A DNA stretch of 64,000 bases from Candidatus Poseidoniaceae archaeon (GCA_965662895.1 CBFIJH010000006.1:32001-96000); one strand, 5' to 3'; shown: positions 1 to 10,700, numbered from the stretch's first letter. Numbers and translations: made by a program. The notes: generated by a model not told the origin, from the letters alone.

Positions 1-606
1 GCGAATGTCGTTTTCAAGTTCCGATACCATATCGCCGTATGTCAGGAGAAGGTCCTCTGCAGCATCATCGGTTATGGCCATTTTTGCGTGCGTTCTCGAC
101 ATGGATTTGACGTGAGTTATCGTAATAATTCCGCCACCTTGCACCTCAACGCCTTCTTCTTGGTGATGCTCGTCGTCTTCATCTTCAGATGATGCTCCTT
201 TTCCCATTGAATGCAAAGCGATTTCCAGATGGCGTGGTTTGATGGTTGAAACTCGATCTCGGCCTGCCGCTTCTTCGCAGTGCCGCATGATTCTGGCTAA
301 GAATTTCTCAAGGTGCTCGATGCCGCCTTGAACGGCTGCCGATCCAACTGATTCAACGTGCTCGATTCGGTCAATCATCAATTCACGAGTGCGGTTGTAA
401 TTCAGTCGTGTTCGTTGGGCATCATCAAGCGTTTTCCGCTCAGCATCATTGTCAAGTGTGGCAGCTTCCATCGCTGGAACAAGACGGTCCAGTTCTTCAC
501 AGACAAGCGAAACAAGGCGGTCTTTGACTGCGCCTGCAATTCGCATTGAAGTGTACGTTGATGCCACAGAACCGATGTGACTAGGAGCGTATGGCTTTGC
601 GGGCAT
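1..606 (-). CDS. Multi-histone-fold protein (at least 3 histone-fold-like units), truncated by the window edge
   Basis: Not in the ORF track because it runs off the window. ATG at 606, open for 202 codons to position 1: MPAKPYAPSHIGSVASTYTSMRIAGAVKDRLVSLVCEELDRL...ERKTLDD / RLNYNRTRELMIDRIEHVESVGSAAV...EEAAGRDRVSTIKPRHLEIAL / acidic linker / IITITHVKSMSRTHAKMAITDDAAEDLLLTY. Shows RKT and TIKPRHL histone L2/alpha3 motifs. Confidence 0.75.
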   Translation of the reverse strand, partial: MPAKPYAPSHIGSVASTYTSMRIAGAVKDRLVSLVCEELDRLVPAMEAATLDNDAERKTLDDAQRTRLNYNRTRELMIDRIEHVESVGSAAVQGGIEHLEKFLARIMRHCEEAAGRDRVSTIKPRHLEIALHSMGKGASSEDEDDEHHQEEGVEVQGGGIITITHVKSMSRTHAKMAITDDAAEDLLLTYGDMVSELENDIR

Positions 607-655
607 AAAGCGCCCTCGAATTCCACCTCTTTGAACACACCGAGACGCAGTGCTC

Positions 656-1912
656 CTACCATTCAGTAAGCCAAGGCCATGCCCCATCAGCAGTAATTGG
701 CCGCATACCGTCTTCATCTCGAATCCATGTATCTTCCGAACCAATACTCCCTTCGGCATAGACGAGTTTCGGCTCGATTGCCATTGTACCACCAATCGGT
801 AGCGGCCGGTCAAAGCCTGCTGCAACGACTGGTGATTCATCAAGTTGCAATCCAACAGAATGACCGAGGAATTTTGATTGGTCTGGTTTCATCCCCATGA
901 GGTGCTCTTCATGTCCAAGTTCATGTGCAAGTGCTTGACCTTCTTGCCAAGCCTCGCTGCATAGACCTCCTTCATCGAGAACGCCTACAACGGTTTCCTT
1001 GACAACTATCATGTCTTCCAATCGCTGGTGCCATTCTTCGGACAATGAGCCCAAAGTGAACATCCTGGTCATGTCAACAACGTAGCCACGATGAACGTGG
1101 ACCAAATCAACAAGAACGGGTTCATTGGGCTTGATTTTGTTAAATCCGGAACCCATTCCAGCAAGAGGATGTGGTCCTGAACCTCCGACAGCTGAATCGA
1201 AGAAGGATGGGACACCGCCTGCTCGACCTGAAACAATGACGCCTCGGTTGCATTCAAGGGGAAATCGACGCATCTGAACTTGCCCACCAAAACCTTCACT
1301 TCGACTGATAGCTTCAGCAGCAGCAACAAGATCGAGTTCCGAAACACCTTCGCCTCCAAGTTGGGACACGGCCTCAAACATCCTGAATTGAACTTCTGCA
1401 CCGTAAGTCATCTGTTCTTGTTCCCAAGAAGATTTCACTTCCCTTAAACGATGAATGATGCCTGTAACGTCCTTGCAGTCTCCAAGGGAAGAAAGCGCTG
1501 ACGCAAATCGTTGTGCAAACGAAGAAGGTAGTTCTCCGTATTGCAAACCAGGCGCATTGGAAACACCTCGTGATTTCAAAACATCTGCAAATTGACTCAG
1601 CCGCGGGAAGCGTTCAAGTTGGAACGGTGCGTTGTCTCCACCTGCCTCAAATCGGGCACGTTCAAGAGAACGGCGGACAAAGAAAACGGGGCCGTCTCCC
1701 ACTGAACCTTCAGCTGGTACGAACAACGACCCATCTTGACGCCCTCCTGCAAAATAATACAAGTCGACGGGGTGCTGAATCAATGCGCCTGGTAATGCAG
1801 CGACCCGAAGGGCACTTGCAAGCCGTTTCAAACGGGCTTCAAGTTCAGAAACAGGTACGCGCCAATCTTCGCCTTCCGGCCCGGAAAGAATGGTGGTATC
1901 CCAATCGCCCAT
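656..1912 (-). CDS. Xaa-Pro peptidase family M24 (creatinase N-domain plus pita-bread domain)
   Basis: Metal ligands in VDLVHVHRGYVVDMTR, GHSVGLQLDE, IEPK, SEDT; GGAGGT SD upstream of ATG 1912. Confidence 0.9.
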   Translation of the reverse strand: MGDWDTTILSGPEGEDWRVPVSELEARLKRLASALRVAALPGALIQHPVDLYYFAGGRQDGSLFVPAEGSVGDGPVFFVRRSLERARFEAGGDNAPFQLERFPRLSQFADVLKSRGVSNAPGLQYGELPSSFAQRFASALSSLGDCKDVTGIIHRLREVKSSWEQEQMTYGAEVQFRMFEAVSQLGGEGVSELDLVAAAEAISRSEGFGGQVQMRRFPLECNRGVIVSGRAGGVPSFFDSAVGGSGPHPLAGMGSGFNKIKPNEPVLVDLVHVHRGYVVDMTRMFTLGSLSEEWHQRLEDMIVVKETVVGVLDEGGLCSEAWQEGQALAHELGHEEHLMGMKPDQSKFLGHSVGLQLDESPVVAAGFDRPLPIGGTMAIEPKLVYAEGSIGSEDTWIRDEDGMRPITADGAWPWLTEW

Positions 1913-1958
1913 GCCCTACCTCCAGTGTCGTTATTGAAAATCACTGCGCCTGTCGCAG

Positions 1959-2921
1959 TCATCCAGCCACAGGTTTTGTTTCGGTCAATTCGTAAGCAGG
2001 AGTTTGCTTGATTCGTTCTTCCGCAATCCGGCAGTATTCGGAGGACAAATCAACCCCAAAGTATGTTCGCCCTGATTGTTTCGCCGCAACACATGTTGTT
2101 CCAGAACCATTGAACGGATCGAGAACAACATCACCTGCAAACGTGTACATCTCGATGCATCGGCGCGGAAGTTCGACTGGGAAAGGTGCAGGATGATTGA
2201 CGCGACTCGCCCGTTCCGTTGCAAATCTCCATATCGATTTCGTATGATCAATGAATTCCTGTTTTTCGATGGTATCGATTCGCCCGTTTTCTCGTTCGCT
2301 CTTCGATCGTGGCATCTTGTAGTTTCCTTTGGAAAACACGAGCAAGTATTCGTGAATGTCACGCAGACAAGGATTTGATGCACTTTGGAACGAACCCCAC
2401 GCACACGATGAACCAGCACTTGCAGATTTGTCCCAAATGATTTCACCACGCATCAAGAAACCAAGATTGAGCATGATGTTGTTGATGTATGTCGAGAGTG
2501 GGATGTACGGCTTCCGCCCGAGATTGGCGACGTTCACAACCATGCGTCCACCCGGCGAAAGAACGCGATAACATTCCGAAAACACTTCCTCGAGCAAGTG
2601 AAGATATTCGTGCAGAGACAGATCATCATCGTACACTTTCGATGCATTGTAGGGAGGAGAAGTGACAACCAATTGGACGCAATTGTCTGGGAGCGGCAAA
2701 GAACGAGCGTCTTGTTCAAGGACGACATTCTCAAATTGTTGGGGAAATTCCTGAGGTGATCCAACATCACGACTTGATGCAAGATTTGCATTCATTCGGC
2801 TGTTGTAGTAGGTTGAGGAATCATGGCTTTCTCGTTTTGAGACGCCAAAGGCAGACGTAGCAGTACTCGCACGTTGTCGAGCACCTCCAAGCGAGGAAGG
2901 ATCCTCGGAACGTTTGGCCAT
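1959..2921 (-). CDS. Orphan site-specific DNA methyltransferase, beta class (N4-C or N6-A)
   Basis: Catalytic VTSPPYN precedes HPAPFP and the SAM-binding VLDPFNGSGTT; ATG at 2921 (alternative GTG at 2927). Confidence 0.9.
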   Translation of the reverse strand: MAKRSEDPSSLGGARQRASTATSAFGVSKRESHDSSTYYNSRMNANLASSRDVGSPQEFPQQFENVVLEQDARSLPLPDNCVQLVVTSPPYNASKVYDDDLSLHEYLHLLEEVFSECYRVLSPGGRMVVNVANLGRKPYIPLSTYINNIMLNLGFLMRGEIIWDKSASAGSSCAWGSFQSASNPCLRDIHEYLLVFSKGNYKMPRSKSERENGRIDTIEKQEFIDHTKSIWRFATERASRVNHPAPFPVELPRRCIEMYTFAGDVVLDPFNGSGTTCVAAKQSGRTYFGVDLSSEYCRIAEERIKQTPAYELTETKPVAG

Positions 2922-2994
2922 AACCACAACAACGTTGGTTGACTTATCACTTTTCGCGCCTTTGTCCTATATCAGACGCGCGTTTTGCAACCCA

Positions 2995-3324
2995 TCAATA
3001 GGCTCCAATCATTGCACGAGCTCGCTCGATAACATCCTGAATTCCTTCGATTGGTAACGGCTTTGTCCGTACAAAGCGAAAGGTACTCTTTCCTTTGAGA
3101 TAGGATTCCATGGATTGTGGACGAATATGTGGATGGTAGTACATCGGCAACACGTACAGTCCAACGTGCGATTTCTGAATTCGTAGGGTGATAAACGGCC
3201 TACCTGATGGCGTTTCAATTCTCCAATCTCCGGGTTCATCAATGATCACTGGCAGTCCGTCACACAGTGGCTGAATGATTTGTTTCGCTTCTATCCAACA
3301 GGAGAGGAGAGACTCGTTCTTCAT
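2995..3324 (-). CDS. Small DUF1801/YdhG-like protein
   Basis: ATG at 3324; QKSHVGLYVLPMYYHP...KGKSTFRF resembles the DUF1801-like signature. Confidence 0.55.
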   Translation of the reverse strand: MKNESLLSCWIEAKQIIQPLCDGLPVIIDEPGDWRIETPSGRPFITLRIQKSHVGLYVLPMYYHPHIRPQSMESYLKGKSTFRFVRTKPLPIEGIQDVIERARAMIGAY

Positions 3325-3416
3325 GTGGCCACTATGTTGGACTTCAGTGGATATCGGACAAAAAGAAATCGATGAAAACAATAGGAATGAAAAACTCTCT
3401 CCACGTGGGGGAATCA

Positions 3417-4679
3417 ATGGCGAACGTCCTTACTCTTGACAACATCAACGTCGAGGGAAAAACCGTCTTGGTTCGCGTCGACATAAACAGTCCATTGGAC
3501 CCATCAACGCGTGCCTTTCTCGATGATACCCGCATTCGTGCTATCCTACCAACCATCAACCGCTTGTCCAAGGCAAAAACCGTCCTCATCGCTCACCAAT
3601 CACGACCGGGAAAGAACGATTTCACCAGTACGCTGGGTCATGCCCGTGAGTTGGGACGTCTTCTTGGACAACCGATCAAGTGGGTACAGGACATTCATGG
3701 CGAGAAAGCCATGAAAGCGATTGAAGCGATGAATGATGGCGACATCCTGATGCTCAACAACGTTCGAATGGACGCTGAAGAAGTCGGTGCGAAAGGCGAC
3801 GCTCTCGCACTTTCAGAGACTTCACTGGTCCAAGACTTGGCGAGTGTAGCCGATGTCTTTGTCAACGATGCTTTTGCATGCGCACATCGTAATTCCCCCA
3901 GCATCGTTGGGTTTTCTCATCATCTACCGTGTGTCGCAGGTGAATTGATGGCGCATGAAATTCGACAACTTGATCTCGCACTCGATTCACCTGCACGACC
4001 ATGCATCGCTGTTTTGGGTGGAATCAAAGTTGACGATAGCATCGACGTTGCGCTAAACATGCTGAACAATTCTATTGCGGACGAAGTATGGTTGACGGGA
4101 GGAGTTGCGAACCTTGTGATTCATCTCTCAGGTCACGACATCGGTGAAGGAAACGTCGAATTCCTTCAGAACGAATTGAAAGATGCTTGGGAGCCTACCG
4201 TCGATTCTGCGAAATCACTTCTGGCCACATACGCTGACAGAATCGTCCTCCCGGTTGATGTAGCAGCGAATGTGGAAGGGAACAGAATAGATTTGAAGCT
4301 CGAAGAATTGCCCATCCATGCTCCTTTGTTTGATCTTGGCTTGGATTCAATTCGTGCCCTTTCGACACGTATCAAAGAGGCTGGAACCATCATTCTCAAT
4401 GGCCCTGCAGGCGTATTTGAGATTCCTGATTTTGCATTGGGGACCATCGAAATGTTGAGTGCCTGTGCGGAAACCAATGGATATGCACTGATGGGTGGAG
4501 GCCACACTGCAACGTTGGTGAGTCAACGAGGCATGGGCGATAAAATGGGGCACGTATCGACCGGTGGTGGGGCGTGTTTGGACTACATCGCAGGACGAAC
4601 CCTCCCTGGAATTCACGCTCTTGAGTTGAGTGCACAACGGTATCAATTGGAAATTACACCCATTCTTCACGAAGAATAA
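3417..4679 (+). CDS. pgk: Phosphoglycerate kinase
   Basis: VLVRVDINSP, AHQSRP, NDAFACAHR, LGGIKVDD, GGGHT, HVSTGGGA; likely ATG at 3417. Confidence 0.97.
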   Translation: MANVLTLDNINVEGKTVLVRVDINSPLDPSTRAFLDDTRIRAILPTINRLSKAKTVLIAHQSRPGKNDFTSTLGHARELGRLLGQPIKWVQDIHGEKAMKAIEAMNDGDILMLNNVRMDAEEVGAKGDALALSETSLVQDLASVADVFVNDAFACAHRNSPSIVGFSHHLPCVAGELMAHEIRQLDLALDSPARPCIAVLGGIKVDDSIDVALNMLNNSIADEVWLTGGVANLVIHLSGHDIGEGNVEFLQNELKDAWEPTVDSAKSLLATYADRIVLPVDVAANVEGNRIDLKLEELPIHAPLFDLGLDSIRALSTRIKEAGTIILNGPAGVFEIPDFALGTIEMLSACAETNGYALMGGGHTATLVSQRGMGDKMGHVSTGGGACLDYIAGRTLPGIHALELSAQRYQLEITPILHEE

Positions 4680-4681
4680 GG

Positions 4682-4754
4682 AGCCACAGGGGAGACTCGA
4701 ACTCCCGACCTTCTGATTACGAATCAGACGCTCTACCAACTAAGCCACAGTGGC
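4682..4754 (-). tRNA. tRNA-Thr(CGT)
   Basis: GCCACTGTGGCTTAGTTGGTAGAGCGTCTGATTCGTAATCAGAAGGTCGGGAGTTCGAGTCTCCCCTGTGGCT; anticodon arm TCTGA-TTCGTAA-TCAGA; T-loop GTTCGAG; CCA not encoded. Confidence 0.95.
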
Positions 4755-4836
4755 GTAGACCGAGGGCATGAACGTATGGTCATAATTCCACCGATTCAAA
4801 CACTAGGCTCATGAAGAAGCAGAAGTAGGCACCATC

Positions 4837-6096
4837 ATGAGCGATGATGCAGCAGTGCGCTACACCAACACCGTCCTGTACGATGATCATTTCAACAAAA
4901 TGGTCGGTGACGTACTGCTTCACAACGATGGTTCATGGTCAAGTTCCAACGGTGATGAAGACGTTCTTGAAGAAATCGATGGTTCAAATCGCGTCATCAC
5001 TCGTTCACTCCAGAACTGGCACACGCATCTCGCCATGCAATTGAATGCTCGAGACTTCAGTGATGGTTATCCATTACATCGATGGCTTAATGAGGCTATT
5101 TTTCCAACTGAATCTCGCATTACACCGGACTTTGTTCGAGTAGGAACCCGTGCCGCTGCTGCAGAAATGATTCGTACAGGCTCAACCTTTGCCGCTGACA
5201 TGTATTTCTTTCCAGCTGTCACTGGAGATGTTCTCACGAAGGCCGGGCTTCGAGGCCTCATTGGTGGCCCAGTGAGTGATGCCGCGCTTCCCTCGCATGA
5301 TAATGTTGAATCCGCACTTGCAGAACTTGACCAACTTCTTGCACAAAACAATCCCGATGATTTGGTGCAATACGCCATTGCCACCCATTCAGTGTATCTT
5401 TGTTCCAAGGAGACCTTGCAACAGGCAAGCGATCTTGCGCAGCGACGGAATGGTCGTCTTCACATTCACGTAAGTGAAACCAGAAAAGAAGTCGCAGATT
5501 GCAAAGAAACGAATGGATTGTACCCCGTTGAATATCTCGAATCGCTCGAATTTATCCAGCCCGGTACCATTTTCGCTCATGCTTCTTGGGTGAAGAAAAA
5601 CGAGATTCGAATGATGGCCGAACACAACGTAACCGCTGTTCATTGCCCCTCATCCAACATGAAACTTGCATGCGGAGGTACGCTCTCCTTCCCACCATAT
5701 CGTGATGCAGGCGTAGATATTCGTATCGGAACTGACGGAGCAGCATCAAGTGGAAATGGATTAAATCTCTTGCATGAGGCACGTCTTGCAAGCCTAGTGC
5801 AGCGTCATGACCACTGGGACGCAACGCTTCTTCCAGCAAAAGAGATCTTCAAGATTGCAACCAAGGAAAGTCTGGACTGGGTCGCTTGGAATCTTGACGA
5901 CATTCGAATGCGTCCACGAGGCCGCTCAAACAATCGCCACCTTGCAAATCTCGTCTACAACGGCGGTGATTGTCTCGACGTACTCGTCAACGGGAAGTTT
6001 CTGCGAAAGAATGGAGCGACGAAAACGCTTGATGAAAGACAAATTCTCGATGATTTGGATCAAGCGGTTCATACATATTACGAAGATGTTGAGTGA
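4837..6096 (+). CDS. mtaD: Amidohydrolase, MTA/SAH deaminase-like
   Basis: NWHTH, FAADMYF, HSVY, HIHVSET, HCPSSNMKLA, GTDGAAS motifs. Confidence 0.8.
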   Translation: MSDDAAVRYTNTVLYDDHFNKMVGDVLLHNDGSWSSSNGDEDVLEEIDGSNRVITRSLQNWHTHLAMQLNARDFSDGYPLHRWLNEAIFPTESRITPDFVRVGTRAAAAEMIRTGSTFAADMYFFPAVTGDVLTKAGLRGLIGGPVSDAALPSHDNVESALAELDQLLAQNNPDDLVQYAIATHSVYLCSKETLQQASDLAQRRNGRLHIHVSETRKEVADCKETNGLYPVEYLESLEFIQPGTIFAHASWVKKNEIRMMAEHNVTAVHCPSSNMKLACGGTLSFPPYRDAGVDIRIGTDGAASSGNGLNLLHEARLASLVQRHDHWDATLLPAKEIFKIATKESLDWVAWNLDDIRMRPRGRSNNRHLANLVYNGGDCLDVLVNGKFLRKNGATKTLDERQILDDLDQAVHTYYEDVE

Positions 6097-6648
6097 TTAG
6101 ACTCGACCGTAATACACCAACACGCAGCCTGCAAGAATGCCTCCAACTGAAATCAAGAAGCTCAAGAGCGAATGGCCAAGTGAAACTTCGTAAGAAACCA
6201 CAACCTCTGTTCCTGCCGGAAGGGCACCATCCTTTGCCCCTAAAGCGGCATAATAGGTTCCAGATTCCATTTCCCAAGTGAAACCTTCAGTCCCACTTGC
6301 TCCGGGATTGCCGGCCACAAAGTTAGTGGAACTTCCGTCGCATCCCATGCCTGAAGCAAAAAAGTTCGGCACATCTTCGCAGCGCTTCTTTTCGTCTGCA
6401 TCGACAAGACCAATCCATACATCTTCGCGATCCCAAGTAAGCGTCAGTTCTGCTGCAATGAATGCGGACAAACTGTTCTCTGGTAACGGCTCATCAGAAA
6501 AAAAGGCTTGATTCGGAGCGTTCGGTGTTGGCACATCTTCGACTTCTCCAGTGAATGTGTAGCCAATCATACCTGCTAGGAGAAGGAGAGTGCCGATTCC
6601 GACCAAGAACACGCCACCTTTCCCTCTTGAATTGAACGAATTCAACAT
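6097..6648 (-). CDS. Hypothetical membrane protein (N- and C-terminal TM, extracellular beta-rich domain)
   Basis: Two hydrophobic segments flank an acidic domain; GAGGTG SD overlaps the cax stop; ATG 6648 (alternative GTG 6654). Confidence 0.75.
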   Translation of the reverse strand: MLNSFNSRGKGGVFLVGIGTLLLLAGMIGYTFTGEVEDVPTPNAPNQAFFSDEPLPENSLSAFIAAELTLTWDREDVWIGLVDADEKKRCEDVPNFFASGMGCDGSSTNFVAGNPGASGTEGFTWEMESGTYYAALGAKDGALPAGTEVVVSYEVSLGHSLLSFLISVGGILAGCVLVYYGRV

Positions 6649-6650
6649 GC

Positions 6651-7781
6651 TCACACCTCAAAGAAGGAAAGGGCGAGAATCGTATAACAGGCAAGCAGCA
6701 TAACACCCTCCAGCCAGTTTGTTTTCCCATCATTCAAAATGAAGTTCGCCACAAGAACGGACATGAAGGTTGCAGCAGTCTCAAGGATCCCAAATTCCAG
6801 TGAAAGGTTCACGCCCATAACCCAAGCGAAAAGGACCATCAATGGAGCAACGAATACCGCAATCTGGACGCTTGAACCAATAGCGATTGCTAAGGAGAGG
6901 TCCATCTTATCCTTTCCAGCAACCAGAACCGCAGTAAAGTGTTCAGCAGCATTACCAAAGAACGGCAGGAGTATGACACCAATGAACAAGGTTGGAAGCC
7001 CCCACCCTTCCGCAGCATCATCCACACTATGAACCAAAATCTCTGCCATCCAACCGACAAGGACGGTAGCAAGAATCAATAGAATCCAAGCATCTTTTGT
7101 TGTCATTTTCGGTTCTTCTTTTTCTTCCGCTTCAGCGGTCACATCGAACAGATGCGAATGGGTTTTGAACTGGAAAAACAGCGACAATCCATACATCAGA
7201 AGAAGGACAAGGGATGCATATCTGGACAAATCGAGTATATTCGCATCTGAAGCGCTTGATCCAGAATGATGGGCAGCAGCAGGAATAATCAGTGCAAGCA
7301 CCGCCAACAAAAGCAAACTACCGTTCATCGAGAGAGCCTCTTGGTTGAAGGTTTGCGTTCGGAATTTGTAGCCACCCCACAACAATGCAAGCCCAAGTAC
7401 GAGCAGGAGATTTCCAAGAATACTCCCGATTAAACTCGCTTGAACAAGTTGAATCATGACTTCAGCCTGATCAGCATGTTGAGCAGCGGTCCAAATTGCG
7501 AGTCCTGCGATGATGATCTCCACTGCATTTCCAAACGTTGCATTGAGAAGTCCACCCAAGTTTTCTCCGGCTCTCAATGCGATTTCCTCGGTCGCATGGC
7601 CCATCAAAAATGCAAGCGGCATGATTGCAATCATTGAGAATAAAAAAGTCAACTCAACGTTGTGTTGATACTCAAAGACAAGCGTAATTGGAACCGCTAG
7701 AAGCAACCAATTGAGTCGATTATGAAGTGGATTAAAAGCATCGAGAACTGAATGATGCGTATGTTTGCCATGTTCAGCCAT
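6651..7781 (-). CDS. cax: Ca2+/H+ antiporter (CAX family)
   Basis: Alpha-repeats GGLLNATFGNAVE and GNAAEH, GSILGNLLL, GSSVQIA, NWLEG; likely ATG at 7781. Confidence 0.93.
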   Translation of the reverse strand: MAEHGKHTHHSVLDAFNPLHNRLNWLLLAVPITLVFEYQHNVELTFLFSMIAIMPLAFLMGHATEEIALRAGENLGGLLNATFGNAVEIIIAGLAIWTAAQHADQAEVMIQLVQASLIGSILGNLLLVLGLALLWGGYKFRTQTFNQEALSMNGSLLLLAVLALIIPAAAHHSGSSASDANILDLSRYASLVLLLMYGLSLFFQFKTHSHLFDVTAEAEEKEEPKMTTKDAWILLILATVLVGWMAEILVHSVDDAAEGWGLPTLFIGVILLPFFGNAAEHFTAVLVAGKDKMDLSLAIAIGSSVQIAVFVAPLMVLFAWVMGVNLSLEFGILETAATFMSVLVANFILNDGKTNWLEGVMLLACYTILALSFFEV

Positions 7782-7798
7782 TCGACCACACCAAGGAA

Positions 7799-10700
7799 TC
7801 AATCATCGTTTTTCTTCCGACGAACGGGACGCTTTCGAGTCGGAGCAGCCTGACGCGCAGGTCGTTTTCGCACAGGACGTTTTCGAGGCTTTTCTTCTTC
7901 CTCTTCATCGTCATCGTCATCATCATCGTCATCGTCAAGACCTGCCCAAGAGAGGTCGTCATCATCATCGTCCTCTTCCTCAACCTCTTCGATTTTCTTC
8001 TTTCGACGAGTTTTTCGCTGTACGACGTTCACTGCAAACGGATCATCTTCATCTTCAGGTTCTTCTGAAACCGGTTCGGATTTCTTTTCCTCTTGGGCTG
8101 CTGAGCCCGTTCCGGTGATGTCATCCATATCCACCTCTTGCGTGGTTCCGATGAACTCAGACATCCAATCATCGTTGTCATCATCATCGCCCTTTTTCTT
8201 CTTTTTCGGACCGGAAAGGCTCACTTGAACAATCAGGAGCGCTACAACAAAAATCACAACATTCACAACGACGGCAATCCAAACCAAGACATAAGGTGGC
8301 TCACTCATCGAAGGCGTTACGACCTCTGGTTCTGGTTCGGGTTTCAAATCTTCTTCAAATGTACAAACTGTTTGACCCTCGAGGTTGTTTCGACAAAAGT
8401 CAACCACAAAGACAACCTGTGCAGTCTTTTGATTCCCTGCAGTATCGAGCGCTCGCACCGTTATTGCGTGTTGTCCAGGATCGAACGTTCCGGCTGAAAA
8501 TTCCATGTCACTGACAAGTGAAGACCCATCTGAGTTTACGTCTGTAACGCCCTCAGCATTTGCCCAAGCTGATTGACTCGTAACACCTGTTAAGCCTCCG
8601 TAATTGAAGGTAAATCTGTACTGCAAATCAGCGATTTGGACGTCATCTTCTGCAGCGAACATGAGATTGATTTTGTTACCATAGAGGTACTTTGAACCCT
8701 CAGAGGAAGGAGATGGCGCATAGACAGCAATGGTTGGTGATTTAGCATCGATCTTGAAGGATGTATTGGTAATCACCGCTTGATTGTCCGCACGATCGAT
8801 AAGCGTTGTACGGATGGTGAGGTCACCGGCTGATTCAGAATTTAAGATTCGGAAATCATAGGTGTAGACAGGTCCTTTGTTTGGGTTCGCTTCATTGTTC
8901 GTAACAAGTGTCATTCTCGCCTCGTCGCCTGTTTCGTTGTACCCTGCCGAAGAGAAGATTTCAATCACAGGCAAGCTTTCAACGAGTAATTCACTCGCTT
9001 CAATATTGATTTTGTACAAACCTGGCACCAGCGAAGGGCTCGTGTAGGGGCTTCCGTCCTCATCGATCAACTCCAATTCAATGGTAGGCGCTCGAGTATC
9101 TTCACGAATCTCGCGCGAGTTTGCAGTGCTACCTTCAAGAATTTCAGGATTGCAGTTGTAGAATTCGTCACAAACTGTGATTGCATAGTACATCATTTGT
9201 TCAGAGCCGTCCTCGATTGGAACGTTTCGAATAAGAGTTGGCGAGGTACTACCACCAGCATTGATATCGTCCAGCACAAGCTCCCAACCTGGAGCATCAT
9301 TGGAACTGATGGATGAATCCTCAAATGGATCACCACTGTGCCTCCAAATTTGGTAAGACTCATACGGTTCTGGCAAATTCCCCCATTCCAGAGCAACAAA
9401 ACCTAGATCGCCCCGACTTTCATCGTTGACAATACTGACTCGATTGGGAGGCGTGATATCAATCTCGACTGGACCAAATGAGTTTTGATCCAACCCTCGA
9501 TACTCATATGAACCGTTGGTATGAACGTACTGCGCTTCGCTCGTGACGTAAATGAACCAGTTGAGAATTGCCCCAGTCGGCGAGATTATTTCAGGTCCAA
9601 TCACTATATCGAAAACTTGGGTATTGTCATTCACGAACCCATGATACGTTGTTTGTGTGGCGAACTGTTGCGGATTTGTTGGAACGCCGCTCGATGAATA
9701 AATATGATAACGCTCACCCTCGACTCCAAGTTGATCGGTCCAAGTAACTCGAACAGTACGATTACCGATAAATTCAGCATGAACGTTGGTTGGTTCTTTC
9801 TGCCAATCGCTGAAAGCATCTTCCTCAACGGAATCGCATGAAGTTGAACTTATATTTGCATCAAACAGTCCGATTGCATCGACCGTGACAACGCAATAAT
9901 ATGCCCAACCAAGGGTACCAATTGGAAGGTTGCGAGTGTGCGTATAAGGGGCATTTGAATCCTCCAGCGTGGTATTTTCGTAAACAGATGTCAGGAACGT
10001 TACACCACTGTTGTATACCGAACTGAAAGGCACGCCTGAAACATAGAGATCATAGCGCTCACCAGACTCACCTGGAACACCAAACCACGTCATCACCGTT
10101 TCACCAGAGCCATCAAGATACGACAGGGTATTAACTGAAAAGACGGTAACGTGACCCGGAGGACGGTTGTCTTCGAGGACGGGGTCTGTCAACGAATTAC
10201 CGGACAGGAATCGTAAGTCGACAAAATCCTCGCCTGGTCCCGTCTTGTTTGGAATAAAGTAACTGATGGCGTAATATGCTTCTTCGTTCGTATCTGGAGG
10301 AACCGTGTGCACGTAGGACTCTATGTCCGAACTCAAATTCGCAATCGGCGTTAACTGTTGGTAGATTTGAGCACCGTTGTTGCGGGATATTTCTGTCGTT
10401 GAACGCCAGATTAGAATGGTCGTGTTTGGCAAAGCTGGATTCGTATTTGGAAGCAATGGTGAGTGATAGTTGATCCATGTCAGGGTTGTTTCACTGTCTG
10501 CGAGAGAATACGACGCTTCGAAATACAAAGGTGTTTCAATCGCAGATGTCACCTCTTCGACACCTGCAGTCAACGATGAGACATCAGGGTCGAGTTCTTG
10601 GTGAGTTACAATCGTTCCATCATCGTCCCATTCAACTGTGACGGCGTAATAGAAGGTGTCGTTGGTACCCGCATCCACGAGATAGGAGACAGTATGGCCA

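Noticed and set aside
402-662. 86-aa minus ORF and 63-aa plus ORF (358..549) at the left end
   Set aside because: Shadow frames of the longer histone-fold ORF at 606..1.
4347-4739. 130-aa minus ORF starting inside tRNA-Thr
   Set aside because: Overlaps the tRNA and is antisense to pgk; no protein-like features.
7765-8118. His/Arg-rich plus-strand ORF (HRHRHHHRHRQ)
   Set aside because: It is the antisense reading of the poly-Asp tract of the 1096-aa gene.
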